From: Sphingomonadaceae bacterium
GTDB taxonomy: Bacteria > Chloroflexota > UBA6077
Direction: 5' to 3'
NCBI GenBank assembly: GCA_050261575.1
Contig: JBLNDL010000070.1
Location: 62,001 to 82,638, forward strand
DNA: 20,638 nt
Position 1 is the stretch's first letter, and the number at the start of each line of letters is the position of its first letter. The position numbers were made by a program, and so were the translations under genes. A model generated the notes under the pieces. The model worked only from the letters and a program-made list of their open reading frames with translations, was not told the origin of the DNA and made no database searches. Positions 15,238 through 20,638 of the stretch are shown in pieces.

Positions 15238-16257
15238 TCAAGGCAAGCGTCGAGTTGCCAGGAGGCGAGCGGCGAAGAAGAGGGCGAATATGATCCCTAT
15301 CCCGACGACGGCTGAGAGAATGTAAGCCGGCGCCTGCTGCAGGAAGGAGCCCTCCGCGGCGACCGCGGCCAACTGGTAGTCGGGCAGGGGCGCCCATCCC
15401 CACACGGAACCCGCCTGCTCGATTCCTGCCGGAATGTAGCCGACCATCTCCAGCAGCTCCTCGCCGCCCCACTCGAAATCGGCACTGCCGGGCGCCAGCA
15501 GCCCCAACGGAGTCAAAGTGACCATCAGCGCCAGCAGCGCCACCAAGGACCAGCCGGCCTTGCCCAGCCCCTGTCCGCGATCCACCCCCGATCCGACCCC
15601 GAGGAGCGAGGGATGGGTACGCAGCAGGTACGCTACGGCGAGAGCCGTCACCGCCGCCTCGGCGAAGCCCGCCAGGGTGAGGTGCACGGCGAGCATCGTG
15701 GGGAGAGTAACCTCCAGACCGTAGGGATTGTAGAGGGCACGACCTCCGTCGCTCCAGAGCAGGGGTTGGATGCCCAACTCCAAGCCGGTCAACAGGGCGG
15801 CCACGTTGATCCCCACGTAGCCGCCCACTGCCGCCGCCACGATGCGGCGTCTGGCCGAGGGCTTGTGTCCAGCCAACAGCCGGTACACCGCGTACCCCGA
15901 GAGCGGGAGTGCGATCCCAAGATTGAAGCAGTTTGCGCCGATTGCAGTAATGCCCCCGTCGCCGAAGAAGAGAGCCTGGATGATCAGGGCGGTGGATACC
16001 CCCACCACAGCGGCCCACGGACCCACGACGACCGCCATCAGGGTGCCGCCAACCGCATGAGCGGTGGTGCCACCTGGAACTGGGATGTTGAACATCTGCA
16101 CGGTGAAGCTGAAAGCGGCGAAGAGGGCGATCAGCGGCGCGCTCCGACCACGAAGCATGCTCTTCACCCTGCGGCTCGCGTGATACCAGAAGGGCGCCGC
16201 GGCTCCGTACGCCACCGCCACTGTCGCCGGGCTCAAATACCCATCGGGAATGTGCAT
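15238..16257 (-). CDS. cbiM: ECF transporter substrate component CbiM/NikM fused to a C-terminal PDGLE/NikN-like membrane domain
   Basis: Invariant N-terminus MHIPDGYLS after SD GAGGAG. PGGTTAH, QALFFGDGGITAIGAN motifs; C-terminal EWG..EL...GY.P.G....APLPDY. Confidence 0.93.
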   Translation of the reverse strand: MHIPDGYLSPATVAVAYGAAAPFWYHASRRVKSMLRGRSAPLIALFAAFSFTVQMFNIPVPGGTTAHAVGGTLMAVVVGPWAAVVGVSTALIIQALFFGDGGITAIGANCFNLGIALPLSGYAVYRLLAGHKPSARRRIVAAAVGGYVGINVAALLTGLELGIQPLLWSDGGRALYNPYGLEVTLPTMLAVHLTLAGFAEAAVTALAVAYLLRTHPSLLGVGSGVDRGQGLGKAGWSLVALLALMVTLTPLGLLAPGSADFEWGGEELLEMVGYIPAGIEQAGSVWGWAPLPDYQLAAVAAEGSFLQQAPAYILSAVVGIGIIFALFFAARLLATRRLP

Positions 16258-16321
16258 TTCCAACTCCTCTTCATGCCTGCCCTGAAGGGCGGTCGAACGG
16301 GAGTGCGCCGCTGCGCTCCAC

Positions 16322-16340
16322 GCTGCAACTGAGTTGCAGC
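16322..16340. promoter_or_regulatory. Putative Fur-family operator, copy 2
   Basis: Perfect 9-1-9 palindrome GCTGCAACT-G-AGTTGCAGC between the fur stop and the cbiM start. Confidence 0.75.
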
Positions 16341-16357
16341 CATTCCGTATGAAAGGG

Positions 16358-16831
16358 CTAACTGCTACGGCAAGCAGAGCAAAGTCCGAAGATCGGGTAG
16401 CTCTCCAGGTCGGCCTGGAAGCCGTGGAGGGCACGCAGCCCCGCCTGGAGCGTGACGGCGACGCCGTCGTCCAGGTCCAACAACTCCCCACAGCGGCGGC
16501 AAAGCAGATGGCTGTGGCGCCCGCGGGAGGCCGGCTCGTACTGTGCCCGCTCGTCCCCGCACTTGTGCTCGGTGATGAGCCCCAACTCCAGTAACAGGTC
16601 CAGCGTACGGTAGACCGTGGTCTTATTCACCTTCAGGTCGGGGTGATGCGCAGACACCTTTTCCAGGATGTGTTCAGCGCAGATGTGGCCCGGGCAGCCA
16701 AAGACCGCCTCGCATACCGCTTCCCGCTGGGGGGTGAGGCGCAGCCCGCGCTCCGCCAGCGCCGCGGCGACCATCTCCCGCTCCGGTAGACCGAATCCGT
16801 GCCACTGGTCGAAGCCGGTCGAAGTGCACAC
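16358..16831 (-). CDS. Fur-family metalloregulator (Zur/Nur-like)
   Basis: GLRLTPQR, H..AE.I, TTVYRTLDLL.ELGLI, HSHLLCRRC and terminal GLCSAC motifs. GTG 16831 has SD GGGAGG 8 nt upstream. Confidence 0.93.
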   Translation of the reverse strand: MCTSTGFDQWHGFGLPEREMVAAALAERGLRLTPQREAVCEAVFGCPGHICAEHILEKVSAHHPDLKVNKTTVYRTLDLLLELGLITEHKCGDERAQYEPASRGRHSHLLCRRCGELLDLDDGVAVTLQAGLRALHGFQADLESYPIFGLCSACRSS

Positions 16832-16861
16832 GCATCGAGCCTCCCATCTGGACTGCTTCAT

Positions 16862-16876
16862 TGCAACCAGGTTGCA
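16862..16876. promoter_or_regulatory. Putative Fur-family operator, copy 1
   Basis: Perfect 7-1-7 palindrome TGCAACC-A-GGTTGCA immediately downstream of the fur promoter. Confidence 0.8.
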
Positions 16877-16884
16877 GCGCGCGC

Positions 16885-16913
16885 ATTCTATCCCAATCGG
16901 CCCCCTATGTCAA
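16885..16913 (-). promoter_or_regulatory. sigma70-type promoter TTGACA-N17-TAGAAT for fur-cbiMQO
   Basis: Plus strand TGTCAA 16908-16913 and ATTCTA 16885-16890, 17-nt spacer. Confidence 0.8.
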
Positions 16914-16985
16914 AGAGGATTCCCTTAGCCACGGGGGCTTTCAGTGTTGCCGGGGGCGTGGCCCTACCATCCGGGCACGGCGCAC

Positions 16986-17015
16986 TGGACAGCGAAACAC
17001 GGGTGGCGGTACTAT
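16986..17015 (+). promoter_or_regulatory. Possible sigma70-type promoter TGGACA-N18-TACTAT for the TauE/SafE gene
   Basis: Near-consensus hexamers in the divergent intergenic region. Confidence 0.35.
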
Positions 17016-17181
17016 TCCACAGACAGAAGGGGAACGCATGCAGGCAGCGTGTTCGCCCGCTGAAGCCCTCCTGACTCAGCAGGTGCCTCTCGCCGCCGCC
17101 TGGCCATCCGGAACACACCCGCCATCCTCGGAGGCGGACCTGATCGGCCGGAAACCTCGGAGTCCCCAGCACGAGGTATTG

Positions 17182-17937
17182 ATGGAGTTGACATCCTTCG
17201 CCCTTCTCACCGCCATCGGGCTGGTGGGCGGCTTCATGGCAGGCTTCCTCGGCATCGGCGGCGGCATCGTCATGATCCCTCTCCTGATGTACGGGGCCGG
17301 CCTTCCCGTGAAACTGGTTACGGGGATCAGCATGGTCCAGGCCTTTTTCGCAACCTCCTCGGGGCTGTTCATCCATCGCCGCCAACGAACGGTGAACTCG
17401 AAGCTGGGCATCACCCTTGGCATCGCGGGGGTAGCGGGAGGGCTGGCGGGAGCGGTCGGCTCATCCCTGGTGAGCGGCCGGACGCTGCTCAGCATCTACA
17501 TGGTGCTCGTGGCGATCGCCATCATGCTCCTCGTCTTTGCCCCTCGCAACGAGAAGACGGAGTGCCCCGACATCCGTGTGTGGAAGGCTTTCCCCCTCGG
17601 TCTCGCCGTCGGAACCCTGGCGGGAATGCTGGGCGTGGGTGGCGGCTTCATAATGACTCCCCTCATGATCTCGGTGCTGCGAATCCCCACCAAAGTCGCC
17701 GTCGGCACCTCCCTGCTGATGATCCTACCCACCACCTTCTCAGGGGCCGTCGGGAAGATCGCCACCGGCCAGTTCGACCTCCTGATAGCGGTCGCAGTGA
17801 TCACCGGCTCGATCATCGGGGCTCAGTTCGGCGGCCGGGTGAACTCCAGGGTCTCGCCCCGAGTGATCCGAGCGTCGCTCGCACTCGTCCTGGTCGCCAT
17901 CCTGATCCGAACCGGGCTGGACCTCTTGGCCGGTTGA
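17182..17937 (+). CDS. Sulfite exporter TauE/SafE family (TSUP) permease
   Basis: Duplicated GxxxGxxGxGGG..xxP motifs (GFLGIGGGIVMIP; GMLGVGGGFIMTP), AVGTSL, ~8 TM. SD GAGGT before ATG 17182. Confidence 0.92.
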   Translation: MELTSFALLTAIGLVGGFMAGFLGIGGGIVMIPLLMYGAGLPVKLVTGISMVQAFFATSSGLFIHRRQRTVNSKLGITLGIAGVAGGLAGAVGSSLVSGRTLLSIYMVLVAIAIMLLVFAPRNEKTECPDIRVWKAFPLGLAVGTLAGMLGVGGGFIMTPLMISVLRIPTKVAVGTSLLMILPTTFSGAVGKIATGQFDLLIAVAVITGSIIGAQFGGRVNSRVSPRVIRASLALVLVAILIRTGLDLLAG

Positions 17938-17945
17938 CACGACCG

Positions 17946-17962
17946 GGGCAGGAAACCTGCCC
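17946..17962. terminator. GC-rich hairpin between convergent genes, possible terminator
   Basis: GGGCAGG-AAA-CCTGCCC; no U-tract. Confidence 0.35.
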
Positions 17963-17977
17963 TGCCCTGCGTTCGCG

Positions 17978-18358
17978 TCAGCTCTCGCTGTGCCTGGTCC
18001 ACTCTGGAAGAGGCTTACCCGTCGCCTGGTTCTCCAGCCAGTCCTTGATCTCCTCGGCGCTATGCGCCCGGAAGCTGAAGCTGAAGGCCCCTGAACGCTC
18101 CTGCGCCCGGATGTCTACGTAGGGCTCGCTCCACCGCTGGTTCAGCCAGCTCTTCAGTTCGTTGATCCCCTGCAGAGTGGGACTCGCTATCCTCAGGATG
18201 GCCAGCGGGCTTCCCGAGGCTATCGCCAATTCCTCTTCCGAGGCCATTTGCTCCGGCGCCGGCATCACGCCCTCTCGCTGAACCTCGGCTACCCCCTGCA
18301 GGACGTTCTCCACCTCGTCGGCCCGCTGCTGGGGAACGACAATCCGGAACTCGTACAT
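17978..18358 (-). CDS. Hypothetical protein (126 aa)
   Basis: SD GGAGG before ATG 18358. Globular alpha/beta-like composition (MYEFRIVVP...). The upstream extension in the ORF track does not look protein-like. Confidence 0.75.
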   Translation of the reverse strand: MYEFRIVVPQQRADEVENVLQGVAEVQREGVMPAPEQMASEEELAIASGSPLAILRIASPTLQGINELKSWLNQRWSEPYVDIRAQERSGAFSFSFRAHSAEEIKDWLENQATGKPLPEWTRHSES

Positions 18359-18432
18359 CGGTCCCTCCACCGCCCCTACTCGGGCAGCCCGAACCTCCCG
18401 GTCCGGCGCTGTCCCCACAGGGCAAGAGGAGG

Positions 18433-18447
18433 GCAACCTACATGCCA
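18433..18447 (-). promoter_or_regulatory. Putative sigma54 (-24/-12) promoter for the hypothetical gene
   Basis: Minus strand TGGCATG-TAGG-TTGC matches TGGCAYG-N4-TTGC. Confidence 0.6.
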
Positions 18448-18646
18448 CCCACGGCACGGTCCAACGGTTTGCCACGGCACGGCCAAGCCGCCAGCCCCTC
18501 CCCGTCGCTCGATCCCCGACCGATAGCTGATTGCTTACGGCTGGCGGCCAGCTTACGAGCGCCACATTCGGCCGGTGGTAAGGCACATCCTCGCGATTGC
18601 CACCCTTTCTCGCCGCTGCGCGGACCATCCTGAGAGGAGGAAATGG

Positions 18647-18661
18647 TGGCATGGCCCTTGC
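18647..18661 (+). promoter_or_regulatory. Putative sigma54 (-24/-12) promoter for the ferritin-like gene
   Basis: TGGCATG-GCCC-TTGC matches TGGCAYG-N4-TTGC. Confidence 0.6.
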
Positions 18662-18759
18662 CGCCTAGTGCGCCGCGGTGCCCGACGTTGTCGACCGCTC
18701 AGATTCAGCAGCACTGCCCGTTCTGCGGGGCATCGATGGCTAAGAAAGGGATACTCTCG

Positions 18760-19392
18760 ATGGTTATGCAGCCTGGACGAGTCAAGATCTGGGAAGACCG
18801 ACTTCGGGACATTGCCAGCAAGGGGCGCCAGAACCTGGAAGAGGGGATGGTCACCGAGAGCTACAAGGCCAACAAGGATCAGGTGATCCAGATCCTCAAC
18901 CGTGCCCTGGCCAGCGAGTGGATAGCCTTCATGCAGTACTGGCATCACTACTTCATGGCCACCGACATCCACAGTCCAGAGATCCGGGAAATGTTCAAGG
19001 ATGCGGCGGGAGAGGAGTTGCACCATATCGAGGAGATCGGCGAGCGGGTCCAGGCCCTGGGTGGGGTGCCCGTAGACAAGCCCGAAGACATCACCCAGCA
19101 GTGGATCAAATCCGTGGACTACGGCCACGACCTCCGGAGCATGCTGGAGATCGACCTTGCCGACGAGAGGGCCACGGTTGCCTTCTACAGTGAGATAGTA
19201 CGCTTCTGCGGGTTCGACGACATCGTGACCCGGTCGATGTTCGAGGAGATACTGCGAGAGGAGGAGGAGCACGCCAACACGCTGGCCGACATCCTCTACG
19301 CCTACGATTCCAGCACCAACCGGCGCACCTCGTCACTCCACCAGCAGGTGGCCGAGGAGGCGATTCGCATCCCGCAGCAAAGGGCCGCATAG
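18760..19392 (+). CDS. Ferritin-like protein (bacterioferritin/DPS-like)
   Basis: LNRALASEW....QY, EE..H...IGER...LGG.P, DL..E..T...Y and IL.EEEEH di-iron ferroxidase motifs. Start 18760 has SD AAAGGGA and lies downstream of the sigma54-like site. Confidence 0.88.
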   Translation: MVMQPGRVKIWEDRLRDIASKGRQNLEEGMVTESYKANKDQVIQILNRALASEWIAFMQYWHHYFMATDIHSPEIREMFKDAAGEELHHIEEIGERVQALGGVPVDKPEDITQQWIKSVDYGHDLRSMLEIDLADERATVAFYSEIVRFCGFDDIVTRSMFEEILREEEEHANTLADILYAYDSSTNRRTSSLHQQVAEEAIRIPQQRAA

Positions 19393-19396
19393 AAGA

Positions 19397-19548
19397 CGGG
19401 AACGGGGCAACTCGGGATGAGGAGACCCGGGGACGAGGAGACAGAAGTGGGTTCCACAAGCTCGTCGGGAGATGCGTGACAGGTCATCGGAAGCCGATCC
19501 TGCACATCCCGCTTCGCTCCTCCCCGGGTCTCCCGTCCCCGTGTCCCG
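19397..19548. repeat. Long imperfect inverted repeat between convergent genes
   Basis: Perfect 13-bp core GGAGACCCGGGGA (19421-19433)/TCCCCGGGTCTCC (19521-19533). Outer arms CGGGAACGGGG/CCCCGTGTCCCG; inner arms GAAGTGGG/CCCGCTTC. Confidence 0.7.
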
Positions 19549-19561
19549 CGGCGCCAGCGTC

Positions 19562-20545
19562 TCAGGCGAGCAGCTCCACGATGTCGCCGTCGTGCAGTAC
19601 GTACTGGCGCCCGACTCGCTGGCCGTGGAACTTGCCGGAGCCCCACAGCACCCCGTACTTCAGCTTCTGATGCAGTTCCTTGTGGATGAGCGCAGCGAGG
19701 TCGTCCACGGTGCTGCCTGCCCTCAGCACGGTTGGCTCCTCCATGTTCGCATCCCTGCCTGGGGGCTTGGTGTAGACCCTGATCACCCCCAACCGCTGGA
19801 ACAGCAGCCTCCGAAGCTCCCCCAGCCCCGCCCCCGTCTCGGCCGACACGGCGATGGTGGGCCACCTTCCGGCAGCCACCTCTTCGAGCAACTCGTAGTT
19901 CGCTGGAGCGTCCGGCTCGTCCAGCTTGTTTCCGGCCAGCACCGACCTCTTGCCCACCACCAGATCCCCGGCATTCCCCTCCGGCTCGTCGGCCACGGGC
20001 TCGATCCGCATCGCGGCCAGTTCGCCGAGTATGGTGTCGAGGTCGCTGAGCGGGTCCACCGATAGGTCCACTACCATCAGCAGCAGGTCGGCGTATCGAA
20101 GCGCCGGCCGCATCCAACCTGGCGTGCCTCGGTCCGCGACGGGGGGGAGATCGACCAGTTGGATCTGCACGTTCTCGAAGGGCATCATGGCGGGCTGGGG
20201 AAGCTGCGTCGTGAAGGGGTAGGGTCCGACCTTGGGAGTCGCACCGGTGAGGGTGGACATCAGGTGGGACTTCCCCGCGTTGGGGGGACCGACCAGTGCC
20301 ACCTGACCCGCGCCCTCTTTGGGCACGTGGTGAAGCTGGGCACGGCCCCCACCGGACTTGCGCTCCACCTCCTCGGTGAGCTTGGCGATGCGTGCCCTCA
20401 GCTCTCCCCGAAGGTGGTCAGTGCCCTTGTGCTTGGGCATGATGGCCAGCATGTTCTCCAGCGCATCGATCTTCTCCTGCGCCGTCCTGGCCTGCCGGAA
20501 CGCCTTCTCGGCTTCGAAGTATTGCGGCGGAAGGTTGGTCGGCAT
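19562..20545 (-). CDS. DRG/Obg-like GTP-binding protein with C-terminal TGS domain
   Basis: MPTNLPP..., PKHKGT, G1 GPPNAGKS, G2 YPFTT, G4 NKLD, G5 SAE, and TGS-type IRVYTKPPG...GSTV.D.A..IHK...GQRVG...L.DGDIVEL. SD GGAGG before ATG 20545. Confidence 0.92.
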   Translation of the reverse strand: MPTNLPPQYFEAEKAFRQARTAQEKIDALENMLAIMPKHKGTDHLRGELRARIAKLTEEVERKSGGGRAQLHHVPKEGAGQVALVGPPNAGKSHLMSTLTGATPKVGPYPFTTQLPQPAMMPFENVQIQLVDLPPVADRGTPGWMRPALRYADLLLMVVDLSVDPLSDLDTILGELAAMRIEPVADEPEGNAGDLVVGKRSVLAGNKLDEPDAPANYELLEEVAAGRWPTIAVSAETGAGLGELRRLLFQRLGVIRVYTKPPGRDANMEEPTVLRAGSTVDDLAALIHKELHQKLKYGVLWGSGKFHGQRVGRQYVLHDGDIVELLA

Positions 20546-20638
20546 CGCGGCCTCCGCAGCCATCGGCTTCCCTGGGATTCTACCCACTGGCGGGCCGTTC
20601 CGCCAGATGCTGGCCACGAAGGAAGCGCGCGCCCATCT

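Noticed and set aside
16258..16357. Cobalamin riboswitch upstream of cbiM
   Set aside because: Only 100 nt are available and no B12-box or conserved core motifs are visible.
16258..16491. Extended start of cbiM (417 aa ORF)
   Set aside because: CbiM/NikM require Met-His at the N-terminus for metal binding; the extension overlaps fur and the operator.
16861..17181. N-terminal extension of TauE, or a riboswitch (Moco/SAM/glycine) in its leader
   Set aside because: The extension is low-complexity and overlaps the fur promoter, although in-frame ATG 17038 cannot be fully excluded. I could not match any riboswitch consensus; an Rfam scan would settle it.
18643..18759. N-terminal zinc-ribbon-like extension (RCPTL...HCPFCG) on the ferritin-like protein
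   Set aside because: Only one complete CxxC. The AGGAGG is just 2 nt from ATG 18643, and the segment contains the sigma54-like promoter, so 18760 is the better start.
1..20638. CRISPR array, tRNA/rRNA, transposase, integrase, prophage or defence genes
   Set aside because: No regularly spaced repeats, cloverleaf/rRNA motifs or corresponding protein motifs were seen.

Overview
GC-rich bacterial chromosomal region. It is probably from a Chloroflexota-like organism; this is an inference from protein styles, especially the WRKADNWTxFTDG-type extracellular domain. No rRNA, tRNA, CRISPR array, transposase or integrase is recognisable. Gene order from the left: partial VTT/DedA membrane protein (-); half-size ferritin-like protein (+); two small hypothetical ORFs; YkvA/DUF1232 (-). 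Then a cell-wall cluster: C39-like peptidase (-), L,D-transpeptidase (+), S11 D,D-carboxypeptidase plus LOG-family protein (+). Next an ATGA-coupled operon: membrane-anchored coiled-coil protein, P2A-like P-type ATPase with an N-terminal Cys-less HMA-like domain, and a strongly divergent MetK paralogue. It is followed by an alkyltransferase-like protein (PAHRV) and SanA/DUF218. Then a Fur-family regulator with a NikM/CbiM-Q-O ECF metal importer (-), TauE/SafE (+), a hypothetical protein (-) divergent from a bacterioferritin/DPS-like gene (+), and a DRG/Obg-like TGS GTPase (-). Most notable: (1) the MetK paralogue has both family signature motifs broken yet keeps much of the phosphate-binding core, and is coupled to a P-type ATPase; (2) a Fur-family operator TGCAAC-N3-GTTGCA occurs twice, once just downstream of a TTGACA-17-TAGAAT promoter, which points to Fur-family rather than riboswitch control of a Ni/Co ECF importer; (3) two back-to-back sigma54-like promoters flank a 200-bp spacer; (4) two divergent cell-wall enzymes share a repeated SH3-like module; (5) there are several REP-like or structured intergenic elements.
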